From NCBI GenBank assembly GCA_002472275.1, contig DKRQ01000019.1:140279-204278 (forward strand): DNA of 64,000 bases, written 5' to 3'. The position numbers and the translations under genes are program-made. Source of the stretch: Bacillales bacterium UBA7278 (GTDB lineage Bacteria; Bacillota_I; Bacilli_A; RFN20; CAG-826). Below are positions 32,265-41,735 of the stretch, piece by piece. The notes under the pieces were generated by a model. That model saw nothing but the letters and a program-made list of their open reading frames with translations, had not been told where the DNA came from and did no database searches. Within the stretch, counting starts at the first letter, position 1, and the number at the start of each line of letters is the position of its first letter.

Positions 32265-34814
32265 ATGAAAAAGAACGTATCCATTAGGTTGGCCGCATTG
32301 TTGCTGGCCTTTGCTCTTCCTTCGTGTGGTGCCCCAAACTCATCGCAGAGCAGCTTTTCGATTTCCTCGGATCAACCCAGCGAATCCTCTTCCATTGATT
32401 CCTCTGCGCAGTCTGGGGAGAAAGACGAGATCCAGAAAGTTTATGACTTGTATGTAAAAAACGTTTCCGCAAGCGGGGAAGTTCCGCTTTCATACGAGGA
32501 GTGGCTCGCGACCATCAAAGGCGAAAAAGGGGATACTGGACCAAAAGGTGATTCGGGTGCTTCGGTTTTGACTGGCGAAGGCGCCCCTTTATCCACAAAA
32601 GGAAAGGACGGAGATTCTTATATCGATCTCCTTACTTGGGATTTCTATATCAAGGTCAACGGGGTCTGGGCAAAGACGGGCAATATTTCTGGCCAGTCTT
32701 CTTCCTCCCCCGATGAAAACCCACAAGGCTTGAAGTTTTACCCTCTTGATGATGGCACTTATGGGGTTAGTTTGGATGCCGCTTTATATTTAAGCGAAAT
32801 AACGGTGCCCGCCACCTATAGAGGTAAAGAGGTTACTCGGTTTTTGTGTGGAACCCCCGCAAGTCTACACGGCTTTTCAGCTATTGCAGTAAAAAAGGTA
32901 GTTCTCCCTGACACCATTACTTCAGTCGAGAAAGAAGCCTTTTATGATTGGGACTTGCTGGAATCTGTAACAATTCCTTCTGGCGAAATCGGCCCGAACG
33001 CGTTTTACGGGTGTAAAAAGTTAAGTAACGTTATTCTTGGTCACAAAGTCACCAGCATCGGATATTATGCTTTTTCAAATTGTGCTTCCCTGAAAGAGCT
33101 GGTTGTTCCCGAGGGCGTAGCATCAATCGGGGATGGGGCTTTCGCCGGCACCAGTTTGCTCTTTTTGAGCCTCCCAGATAGTTTGATTACGATTGACGGT
33201 ACCCTATTTTCGTCCATCGGCGGGCTAAGCTCTTTGCAAACATTGGTCCAAAAAGATGGGCTGTATTACATCGGTAATTCCGCAAATCCATATGTTTATT
33301 TGGCAGGGGTTGATAACAGGTCAATGGTGTCTGCTCAAATCGCTCCAGGTTGTCGGATTGTTGGAAAACGGGCTTTTGCTGGGTGCTATAACTTACGCAA
33401 CGTCGTTCTCCCATCTACGGTTGTTTCGATTGGCGAGGAGCCTTTTTCGGAATGTTCTTCGCTTTCATTTATTCAAATTCCATCCGGGGTTGTTTCTATT
33501 GCAAACGGCGCCATCGGCAATGGCGTGACCGTTTCCTTTGGCGGAACTATGAGCGAATGGGCGTTGCTTGCTGAGTTTGTTTCCGCAATCTGCTCGGACG
33601 GCTTTTACGAGGCCCCTACGCCGCCGCAGCCCGCACCGCCTGCATATCCTGACCTCAGCAACGGTGCCTCCATCACCTACTGGTGCCCGAACACCGACAC
33701 CGACCTCTTCGCCCAAAAGGTCGCGGCTTTCAAACTCCTCCACCCGGAGTACAAGGGCAGCATCACCCAGCTCGCTATCCTCGGCGAAGGCGACGTCAGA
33801 AGCGAATTGAGCAAGGACGCCGAAATCGCCGCCGACGTCTTCGAGATCGCCGACCACGACGTCGCCGATTGCGTCGATTGGCGCGCCATGACCTCCTTTG
33901 GCAAGGCCTCCGAAGTCCAGTGGATCAAGGACATCTATGGCGAAACCGCCGTCGCCGCCGTCACGATCAAAGGCCAGGTCTATGGCCTTCCCTATCGTAA
34001 CGATAACGGCTACGTCCTAACCTACGACAAGGCCATCGTCTCTGACGAGCAGGCCAAGACCGTCGAGGGCATCATCGCCGCTTGCAAAGCCAAGAACGCC
34101 GTCTTCGGATTCGACCTCGCCAACTCCTGGTACGCCTTTGCCCCCGTTTGGGGTGCCGGTGGCAAGACCTACACCGATGCCGAAGGCGTCTTCCACTCCG
34201 AAATCGCCACTGACGCGGTCGCCAAGGCCGTCGGCGGATTCGGCAAGATCGTCAAGGATGCCGGTTCCACCTGGGTCCACAGCGACGCCGATGACAAGAT
34301 GGGCGTCGAAGGCGCTGGCCGCGTTGGCGCCGTCGTCAAGTGGAACAACTACAACGCCGAGAAGAAAGCGCTTGGCGATAACCTCGGCGTCGCCCCGCTT
34401 CCTTCCTTCTCCGTCGACGGAACCTCCTACGCCCTCAAGGGCTTCCAGGGCTACAAGGCCCTCGGCATGAGGAGGGCCGCCGCCTTCACCGAAGAGAAGA
34501 GGATCGTCGCCGTCGAATTCGCGAAGTTCATGGGCTCCGACGAAGTCTCCGAAGCTCGTTTGACCCAGCTTGGCCAGGGTGTCTCCAACAAGGCCGTCAT
34601 CGCCAAGACCGAACTCTGGACCAGCCCCTGGATCGCCGCTCTCACCAAGATGAGTTCCGCCGGCAACACCGTTTCTCAGGCCAACGGCTCCTCTGGCACC
34701 TTCTGGGATCCCGCCAAGGCTCTCGGCAACGCCATCAAGGGTGGCACCATCATCAATCAGCAGTCTGCCAAAGAAGCGCTTCAGCTTTGCCAGCAGGCAC
34801 AGATGAGCCAGTAG
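32265..34814 (+). CDS. Chimeric surface lipoprotein: collagen-like triplets + BspA-type LRR + C-terminal family-1 solute-binding-protein-like domain
   Basis: RBS aaggagg. Lipobox FALPSCGA. GEKGDTGPKGDSGAS at 32520-32564. LRR units (VTSIGYYAFSNCASLKELVVPEGVASIGDGAF). From ~33670 onward an SBP-like domain (ITYWCPNTDTDLFAQKVAAFKLLHPEYKG...). Confidence 0.6.
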   Translation: MKKNVSIRLAALLLAFALPSCGAPNSSQSSFSISSDQPSESSSIDSSAQSGEKDEIQKVYDLYVKNVSASGEVPLSYEEWLATIKGEKGDTGPKGDSGASVLTGEGAPLSTKGKDGDSYIDLLTWDFYIKVNGVWAKTGNISGQSSSSPDENPQGLKFYPLDDGTYGVSLDAALYLSEITVPATYRGKEVTRFLCGTPASLHGFSAIAVKKVVLPDTITSVEKEAFYDWDLLESVTIPSGEIGPNAFYGCKKLSNVILGHKVTSIGYYAFSNCASLKELVVPEGVASIGDGAFAGTSLLFLSLPDSLITIDGTLFSSIGGLSSLQTLVQKDGLYYIGNSANPYVYLAGVDNRSMVSAQIAPGCRIVGKRAFAGCYNLRNVVLPSTVVSIGEEPFSECSSLSFIQIPSGVVSIANGAIGNGVTVSFGGTMSEWALLAEFVSAICSDGFYEAPTPPQPAPPAYPDLSNGASITYWCPNTDTDLFAQKVAAFKLLHPEYKGSITQLAILGEGDVRSELSKDAEIAADVFEIADHDVADCVDWRAMTSFGKASEVQWIKDIYGETAVAAVTIKGQVYGLPYRNDNGYVLTYDKAIVSDEQAKTVEGIIAACKAKNAVFGFDLANSWYAFAPVWGAGGKTYTDAEGVFHSEIATDAVAKAVGGFGKIVKDAGSTWVHSDADDKMGVEGAGRVGAVVKWNNYNAEKKALGDNLGVAPLPSFSVDGTSYALKGFQGYKALGMRRAAAFTEEKRIVAVEFAKFMGSDEVSEARLTQLGQGVSNKAVIAKTELWTSPWIAALTKMSSAGNTVSQANGSSGTFWDPAKALGNAIKGGTIINQQSAKEALQLCQQAQMSQ

Positions 34815-34898
34815 CCCAAATTCTTTCTCTATCGATGAGGCACAATCTGGAAAGCTATATCCATGTTTTTTGTTGTTCGGCCCCAGCAAAAAACTTTG

Positions 34899-34927
34899 TT
34901 GACACCGCTTTCCTATACGCGTATAGT
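34899..34927 (+). promoter_or_regulatory. Sigma-A promoter of the rpsL-rpsG-fusA-tuf operon
   Basis: TTGACA (34899-34904), 17-bp spacer, TATAGT (34922-34927). A 12-bp perfect palindrome TATACGCGTATA (34914-34925) overlaps the -10. Confidence 0.75.
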
Positions 34928-35019
34928 CTCCCTCGGACATAAGTAAAGAGGCTTTCGCCCGCTTTATTTAACCCGGTGGTTGATACACCGGGGCATGTGT
35001 GAATTAAGGAGAACACAAA

Positions 35020-35439
35020 ATGCCAACCATTAACCAACTAGTTCGGCAGGGTCGCCAGTCCGCGGCCAAGAAGTCCAAAACCCCTGCTCTAGGCAAGAGG
35101 TGGAACTCGCTGAACAAACGCTCCTCGGATCAGCCCTCCGCTCAAAAGCGCGGCGTCTGCACCCGTGTGGGCACCATGACCCCGAAGAAACCGAACTCGG
35201 CTCTTCGCAAATACGCTCGTGTCCGTCTTAGCAACGGTTACGAAGTCACCGCCTACATCGGCGGCGAAGGACACAACCTACAGGAGCACTCGACCGTTAT
35301 GATCCGCGGCGGCCGTGTCAAAGACCTCCCTGGTGTCCGTTACCACATCATCCGCGGAACCCTCGACTGCGCCGGCATCGACGCCCGTCGTCAGGGACGC
35401 TCCCTCTACGGCACCAAGAAGCCGAAGGCGAGCAAATAA
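35020..35439 (+). CDS. rpsL: 30S ribosomal protein S12
   Basis: [12 protein letters not shown]...KKPNSALRK. Confidence 0.98.
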   Translation: MPTINQLVRQGRQSAAKKSKTPALGKRWNSLNKRSSDQPSAQKRGVCTRVGTMTPKKPNSALRKYARVRLSNGYEVTAYIGGEGHNLQEHSTVMIRGGRVKDLPGVRYHIIRGTLDCAGIDARRQGRSLYGTKKPKASK

Positions 35440-35457
35440 GGAAAGGAGAACTAGACC

Positions 35458-35928
35458 ATGCCAAGAAAAGGTGCTGTCGAGAAACGTGATGTTCTTCCCG
35501 ACCCAGTATATAACTCCAAACTCGTCACCCGCTTGATCAACCGCGTCATGTACGACGGCAAGAGGGGCACTGCGCAGACCATCATCTACAAGGCCTTCAA
35601 GCAGATCGAGGACAAGACCGGCAAACCCGCCATCGACGTGTTCGCCACCGCCATCAACAACATCATGCCCGAAGTCGAACTCAAGGTTCGCCGCATCGGC
35701 GCCGCCAACTACCAGGTCCCCGTCGAGGTCTCTCCCGCCAGGAAGCAGACCCTTGGCCTCCGCTGGCTCGTCACCTATTCCCGCCTCCGTGGCGAGAAGA
35801 CGATGGAAGACAAGCTCGCCAACGAGATCATCGATGCCGCCAACGGCGTCGGCGCTTCCGTCAAGAAGAAACAAGACGTCCACAAAATGGCCGAAGCCAA
35901 CAAGGCTTACGCCCACTATCGCTGGTAA
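35458..35928 (+). CDS. rpsG: 30S ribosomal protein S7
   Basis: [28 protein letters not shown]... Confidence 0.98.
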   Translation: MPRKGAVEKRDVLPDPVYNSKLVTRLINRVMYDGKRGTAQTIIYKAFKQIEDKTGKPAIDVFATAINNIMPEVELKVRRIGAANYQVPVEVSPARKQTLGLRWLVTYSRLRGEKTMEDKLANEIIDAANGVGASVKKKQDVHKMAEANKAYAHYRW

Positions 35929-35943
35929 TAAGGAGAAAAGACC

Positions 35944-38046
35944 ATGGCTGAAAACGAAATCAACATCAAAGAAGCTGAGTCTTACGACCTCCCTCATACC
36001 CGCAACATCGGCATCATGGCCCACATCGACGCGGGCAAGACCACCACGACCGAGCGTATCCTCTATTACACCGGCCGTTCGCACAAAATCGGCGAAGTCC
36101 ACGAAGGCACCGCCACCATGGACTGGATGGCCCAAGAGCAGGAGAGGGGTATCACCATCACCTCTTCCGCGACCACTTGCTTCTGGAAGGGCAACCGCTT
36201 CAACATCATCGACACTCCGGGGCACGTCGACTTCACCGTCGAAGTCGAGCGTTCCCTCCGCGTCCTTGACGGCGCGGTGACCGTCCTCGACTCCAAAAAC
36301 GGCGTCGAGCCCCAGACCGAAACCGTCTGGCGCCAGGGCACCAAGTACAATGTCCCCCGTATCGTCTTCTGCAACAAGATGGACGCTACCGGCGCTGACT
36401 TCGACATGTGCGTCGCCTCCCTCCATGAGAGGCTCGCCGCCAACGCCGCCGCCATCCAATACCCGATCGGCAAGGAATCCTATCTCAAGGGTTGCTGCGA
36501 CATCATCGAGCGCAAAGCCTACATCTATGGCGACGATAAGGCCGATGCCCCGACGATCACCGACATCCCGGCCGAGTACAAAGACAAGTGCGAAGAGCTC
36601 CGTGGCATCCTCCTCGAGAAGCTCGCCGCCTTCGACGATGACCTCATGATGATGGTCCTCGAAGGGGAAGAACCCTCCGTCGAACTCATCAAGGCCACCA
36701 TCCGCAAAGCCGTTTTGACCGGCACGTTCTTCCCGGTCCTCTGCGGTTCCGCTTACAAGAACAAATGCATCCAGCCGCTCCTCGACGCGGTCGTCGACTA
36801 CCTCCCCTCTCCGCTAGACATCGCGGGTGAGAAGGGAACCTTGGATGGCGAACCCTACGTCTGCGAGGCGGATGACAAGAAGCCGTTCGTCGGTCTTGCC
36901 TTCAAGATCGCGACCGACCCCTTCATCGGACGTCTTGCTTACGTCCGTGTCTACCAGGGCGTCCTCCGCTCTGGCTCCTACGTCCTCAACTCCTCCAAAG
37001 GAGGCAAGGAACGTATCGCCCGTTTGGTTCTTATGCACGCCAACCACCGTCAGGAGGTCGAATCCCTCCACGCCGGTGAGATCGGCGCTGTCGTCGGCCT
37101 CAAGAACACGACCACCGGTGACTCTCTAACCGATGAGAATTGCCCGGTCATCCTCGAGTCCCTCTCCTTCCCCGAACCCGTTTTGGAGGAAGCGGTGGAA
37201 CCCAAGACCAAAGCCGACCAAGAAAAGATGACGGCTGCGCTTCTAAAGCTAGCCGAAGAAGACCCGACCTTCCGCGTCCACACCGATCCCGACTCCGGCC
37301 AGACCATCATCGCCGGCGTTGGCGAGCTCCAGCTCGACATCCTCGTCGATCGTATGCGCCGCGAATTCAAGGTCGACGTCAACGTGGGCGCCCCGCAGGT
37401 CAACTACCGCGAGACGATCCGCAAGACCGGCGAGGCCCAGGGCCGCTATGTCAAGCAGTCTGGTGGCCATGGTCAGTACGGTGACGTCTGGGTTCGTTTC
37501 GAACCCAACCCCGGCAAGGGCTTCGAGTTCGTCGATGCCATCGTCGGCGGCGCCGTTCCGAAGGAGTTCATCAAGCCGACCCAACAGGGTCTAGAGGACT
37601 CCATGAACCGCGGTCTCATCGCCGGTTACCCCGCGATCGACATCAAGTGCACCCTCTTCGACGGGTCCTACCACGATGTTGACTCCTCGGAAGCCGCTTA
37701 TAAGATCGCCGCGTCCTTGGCCCTCAAAGAGGCCGCCAAGAAATGCGACCCCGTCATCCTCGAACCGATCATGAAGGTCGAGATCACCGTTCCCGAACAG
37801 TACTACGGTGACGTCATCGGCGACGTGGCCCGTCGTCGTGGCATCATGACCGGCGAAACCCAACGCGGCAACGCCAAGCAAGTCGACTGCGAAATCCCCC
37901 TCTCTGAGATGTTCGGCTACGTCACCGACCTCCGTTCTCTCACCCAGGGTCGTGGAAACTTCACGATGCAGTTCGACCACTATGGCGAATGCCCGCGCTT
38001 CATCCAGGACGAGATCATCAAGAAGTCGTCCATGAGCAATCGGTAA
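35944..38046 (+). CDS. fusA: Elongation factor G
   Basis: [27 protein letters not shown]. 700 aa. Confidence 0.98.
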   Translation: MAENEINIKEAESYDLPHTRNIGIMAHIDAGKTTTTERILYYTGRSHKIGEVHEGTATMDWMAQEQERGITITSSATTCFWKGNRFNIIDTPGHVDFTVEVERSLRVLDGAVTVLDSKNGVEPQTETVWRQGTKYNVPRIVFCNKMDATGADFDMCVASLHERLAANAAAIQYPIGKESYLKGCCDIIERKAYIYGDDKADAPTITDIPAEYKDKCEELRGILLEKLAAFDDDLMMMVLEGEEPSVELIKATIRKAVLTGTFFPVLCGSAYKNKCIQPLLDAVVDYLPSPLDIAGEKGTLDGEPYVCEADDKKPFVGLAFKIATDPFIGRLAYVRVYQGVLRSGSYVLNSSKGGKERIARLVLMHANHRQEVESLHAGEIGAVVGLKNTTTGDSLTDENCPVILESLSFPEPVLEEAVEPKTKADQEKMTAALLKLAEEDPTFRVHTDPDSGQTIIAGVGELQLDILVDRMRREFKVDVNVGAPQVNYRETIRKTGEAQGRYVKQSGGHGQYGDVWVRFEPNPGKGFEFVDAIVGGAVPKEFIKPTQQGLEDSMNRGLIAGYPAIDIKCTLFDGSYHDVDSSEAAYKIAASLALKEAAKKCDPVILEPIMKVEITVPEQYYGDVIGDVARRRGIMTGETQRGNAKQVDCEIPLSEMFGYVTDLRSLTQGRGNFTMQFDHYGECPRFIQDEIIKKSSMSNR

Positions 38047-38133
38047 TACCTACTTAAAGTAGGATTGCCAAACCAAAGCGATTGCCCTATCATAACTACG
38101 CCAATCTAGAAACCAATTGGAGGAAAACTACTC

Positions 38134-39327
38134 ATGGCAAAAGAAAAATTCAACCGTGACCGCGTCCACATTAACGTTGGTACCATCGGCCACGTTGACC
38201 ACGGCAAGACCACCCTTACCGCGGCCATCACCCACGTCCTCTCCCTCAAGGGCCTAGCCAAGGATATGGCTTACGGCGCCATCGACGCCACCCCTGAAGA
38301 AAGGGCTCGTGGTATCACGATCAACTCGGCCCACGTCGAGTACGCGACCGAAAAGCGTCACTACGCTCACGTCGACTGCCCGGGGCACGCCGACTACATC
38401 AAGAACATGATCACCGGCGCCGCCCAGATGGACGCTGCCATCCTCGTCGTCGCCGCTACCGACGGCGTCATGCCGCAGACCAAAGAGCACGTCTTGCTCG
38501 CCCGTCAGGTCGGTGTTCCTCAGATCATCGTCTTCCTCAACAAGTGCGATATGGTCGATGACCCCGAACTCATTGACCTCGTCGAAATGGACGTCCGCGA
38601 ACTCCTCAACTCCTATGACTTCCCTGGTGATGAAATCCCCGTCATCCGCGGTTCCGCCCTCAAGGCCGGCCAGGCCACTTCCGCCGATGCTCCTGAAGCC
38701 AAGTGCATCATCGAGCTCATGGAAGCCCTCGACACCTATGTCAAGGAACCCGTCCGCGACGATGCGAAGCCCTTCCTTCTCCCGATCGAAGACGTCATGA
38801 CCATCTCCGGCCGTGGCACCGTCGTCACCGGCCGTGTCGAGCGTGGTGTCATCAAGCTCAACGACGAAGCCGAAATCGTCGGTATCCGTCCGACCCAGAA
38901 GACCGTCGTCACCGGCCTCGAAATGTTCCGCAAGACCCTCGACTTCGCTCAGGGCGGCGACAACATCGGTGCCCTTCTCCGTGGTATCACCCATGACCAG
39001 GTCGAGCGTGGCCAAGTCCTCGCCAAGCCGGGCTCCATCGTCCCCCACGACAAGTTCACCGCTACCACCTACATCCTCAAGAAGGAAGAAGGTGGCCGTC
39101 ACACTCACTTCCTCAACGGTTATCGTCCTCAGTTCTTCTTCAGGACCACTGACATCACTGGCACCATCACCCTCCCCGCTGGGACCGACATGGTCATGCC
39201 TGGTGACAACGTCACCTTCACCGTCGAACTCATCCACCCCATCGCCATGGAAAAGGGAACCAAGTTCTCCATCCGTGAAGGTGGTAGGACCGTCGGCGCC
39301 GGCACCGTTGCCGAAATTCTCCACTGA
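38134..39327 (+). CDS. tuf: Elongation factor Tu
   Basis: [22 protein letters not shown]. 397 aa. Confidence 0.99.
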   Translation: MAKEKFNRDRVHINVGTIGHVDHGKTTLTAAITHVLSLKGLAKDMAYGAIDATPEERARGITINSAHVEYATEKRHYAHVDCPGHADYIKNMITGAAQMDAAILVVAATDGVMPQTKEHVLLARQVGVPQIIVFLNKCDMVDDPELIDLVEMDVRELLNSYDFPGDEIPVIRGSALKAGQATSADAPEAKCIIELMEALDTYVKEPVRDDAKPFLLPIEDVMTISGRGTVVTGRVERGVIKLNDEAEIVGIRPTQKTVVTGLEMFRKTLDFAQGGDNIGALLRGITHDQVERGQVLAKPGSIVPHDKFTATTYILKKEEGGRHTHFLNGYRPQFFFRTTDITGTITLPAGTDMVMPGDNVTFTVELIHPIAMEKGTKFSIREGGRTVGAGTVAEILH

Positions 39328-39347
39328 TCATCCTAATCATTGGATAC

Positions 39348-39378
39348 AGCCTCATTCCTTCGGGAGTGGGGCTTTTTC
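39348..39378 (+). terminator. Rho-independent terminator after tuf
   Basis: agcctcattcc / loop ttcg / ggagtggggct (with G-U pairs), followed by ttttt. Confidence 0.75.
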
Positions 39379-39856
39379 TATCGATTCTCCAAACTCTATG
39401 GTGGCTAAAAGCGGTCAAAAAGAAAGCATTGTCCTTTTTTCGATATTGAACTGCTTTCCTCCGTTTTACCCATATAATAAAAACGCCTCCTTTGGGTATG
39501 GATATTTAGTTCTGGGGAGAACCATGAATACCATACTTCGAAAGAGGCTTTTCCAACTAAAAGCAGTTTTCGACTACAAAGTTGCATTTAGTTTGTCAGT
39601 TGGCGGGTTTTTTCTTGCTTGATCATATGAGGAAGAACTCATCCTTTTTTCTCACCAATGAATGAAATGAGGCCTATAATATTCCGCAGGAGAATGATCC
39701 GTATCATTGTCCACCAAATCAAATCGATTCTTGCGGGTTCCCAATGCTTAACGGCATTCCCGGAGATAGCAAGCCCTTGATTAAAGCCGATGGCTTTACT
39801 GGTTGGGATCAGTTAGGGCTTGCGATAAGACTCCTTCGCGGAGTTTTTTGATGAAA

Positions 39857-39925
39857 GGCTCTCTAAACTCTAAGGTGGTTAGCCAGAAAAGCCAACCACC
39901 TTAGAGTTTAGAGAACCGCTTTTTT
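39857..39925 (+). terminator. Very long hairpin plus T6 (orphan terminator-like element)
   Basis: 27-nt arms ggctctctaaactctaaggtggttagc / gccaaccaccttagagtttagagaacc with a 21-bp perfect core and two mismatches. Loop cagaaaa. Followed by gc tttttt. Confidence 0.5.
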
Positions 39926-40046
39926 CTACGGGGCGACGAGAAAAACGCCTTTTTCGTAGGAATTTACCGGATATTTCGGTCAATTTCCGCCAAGAAATGC
40001 GCCTCAAATTCGAAGAGGCGATTATGAAAGATAACCGCGCACAGGC

Positions 40047-41735
40047 TTAAAAGGTCCGTAAGTTGGAAGTGTTCGTGGCGAAGATGGAGAGTTGGGCAAG
40101 CGGGTCGTCGAAGAAAGGCTGTTGTTCGTCGATTCGATAGATGACCCCGTTCTTTTCGGGGTATTGGCTATAAAAGTCGCCATAGTATTGGGATGGAATT
40201 TTGGCCGGGACAAAGAACTCCTCGTAGCCTTTCCTGGCCTCGTTCAACGCTGAAAAGAAGGCTTCCGACCTCGGGTCGGGATAATCCTTGGAAAGGTAGA
40301 CGAAGGGGAAGGGGACGTTGACGGGTTCGGAGAAGAACGACGCGCCTAGCGCCTCCTTTGCCTTCTCGAAGTGGGCTTTCGCGGCGCCTTCCTTCCAGAT
40401 GTCGGTGGTCCGCATCGCCCTCACGAGGTCGGCGTAAGGGGTGCCTTCCTTAAACGAATGGCCATCCCATTCACGTTTTTCGGAGAGAGAAGCCCCGCCT
40501 TGGTAGACGCAGTCGAAACCCTTGTCGAACTTCGGCGTCAGCGACCCGCCATAGAAGGTCCTTGTTTGTTCTAGCAGCGCGAGAAGGCCGAGTCGGAAGT
40601 TCCTGTTGTTGAGGGCCTCACAGGAACGTCTGTCGCCCTTGCCGTTTTGCAGAGCCCTCAGAAAGCCGGGCGCGGGCAAGGCGGGGATCAGGTACTCGTC
40701 ATATTCTACGGGGCTTTCCCTTCCTGAGAACTTGAAGAAGCGATCCACCTTGCCATCGAGGAAATCGCTGAACTCGCCCCCTCCCTCCTGGAGTTCCTTG
40801 ATTTCGTGGATGACGTCCTCGCCCTTGGCGTCCTCGCGGGCCGTGCGGGTCCAGTGTGTGGCGTCGGTTTTCTCTTGATAGAAGCCGGTGCAGATCCCGG
40901 GCTCATAAGCGTAGTTGAGCCCCGTGTTGAAGATATCGCCCTTAAGCGGGGAGTCGAAGAGGGCGCTGTATCGGAACAATTTGTCGTCGGCGACGTCGAT
41001 TTGCCCCGCGTAATCGATCCCTCCTATCGGCAGCCGGTCCTTGCAAAGGATCTTGCAATAGCTGGAATTGTTGAAGGAGCCGACGAAGTCCTTCGCGGTG
41101 ATCTTCTGGTAGGGCTCGCCGGTTTCAGAATGGTAAATCCAGCAGTCCTTGATCCGCACGATATAATCCATGTTCTTTTCGTCGTATTCGACGGATTCTG
41201 CCAAGTCGAGGATCGGCTCATCCCCATCCCACCCTTTGAAAAGGCCGCGGGAATTGGAAAAGGTGGTGCAAACGGCCCCGTTCACGGTGACCGTGTCCTT
41301 GATGGTGTAGCCAAAGCCTTGCAATGCGTCCACGACTTCCTGCCTTCGCTTTGGTTTTTGCTTTCTGATTGCGAGGTAGTGGTCCCGTTTGATAGGTTCG
41401 GTCACACAGACTGCGTCGGAAAGGTTGTCCCATACGAACTCTCCCGCGTATTCTTTTTCACGGTTGATGGAGTAGAAGCGGGTCATGAACGGACTTCCGG
41501 AAAGCCGGTCGGTCAGGGAGAAATAGCCCTCGTCCTGGAGCCAAGCCTCGAGCTTTGCGGTTTCCAAAAGCCTTTCGTCGCCGCTGAGTCTCATCACCTT
41601 TTGGAAAGAGTCGCAGAAATCGAGGTAGGCCTTCCGAGTGGGGACGTATGGCTCCTCCGATGCTGCCGGGGTTTGCCCACAGGAAAAGCAAAGGAGGAAG
41701 GCGAACGCGAAAATAGGGGCCTTGGCTTCGTTCAT
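40047..41735 (-). CDS. Large lipoprotein, possibly peptide/oligopeptide-binding (SBP family 5-like)
   Basis: Lipobox LLCFSCGQ. 562 aa. Weak SBP5-like segment (ITAKDFVGSFNNS). The start overlaps the stop of the upstream protease gene (ATGA). Confidence 0.4.
   Translation of the reverse strand: MNEAKAPIFAFAFLLCFSCGQTPAASEEPYVPTRKAYLDFCDSFQKVMRLSGDERLLETAKLEAWLQDEGYFSLTDRLSGSPFMTRFYSINREKEYAGEFVWDNLSDAVCVTEPIKRDHYLAIRKQKPKRRQEVVDALQGFGYTIKDTVTVNGAVCTTFSNSRGLFKGWDGDEPILDLAESVEYDEKNMDYIVRIKDCWIYHSETGEPYQKITAKDFVGSFNNSSYCKILCKDRLPIGGIDYAGQIDVADDKLFRYSALFDSPLKGDIFNTGLNYAYEPGICTGFYQEKTDATHWTRTAREDAKGEDVIHEIKELQEGGGEFSDFLDGKVDRFFKFSGRESPVEYDEYLIPALPAPGFLRALQNGKGDRRSCEALNNRNFRLGLLALLEQTRTFYGGSLTPKFDKGFDCVYQGGASLSEKREWDGHSFKEGTPYADLVRAMRTTDIWKEGAAKAHFEKAKEALGASFFSEPVNVPFPFVYLSKDYPDPRSEAFFSALNEARKGYEEFFVPAKIPSQYYGDFYSQYPEKNGVIYRIDEQQPFFDDPLAQLSIFATNTSNLRTF

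Noticed and set aside
34017-39324. Antisense ORFs opposite the lipoprotein/SBP gene, rpsL-rpsG-fusA and tuf (34017-34940 -, 35278-36459 -, 38254-39324 -), and the alternative-frame ORF 38813-39622 +.
   Set aside because: Same reasoning: they are shadow ORFs of highly expressed, compositionally biased genes and have no independent evidence.
39524-39805. A 32-codon hydrophobic ORF (39524-39622) and a start-less minus-strand frame (~39630-39805) resembling a membrane-protein C-terminus.
   Set aside because: Both are too short or incomplete to call as a CDS or pseudogene from sequence alone. They are mentioned only as context in the finding on the post-tuf gap.
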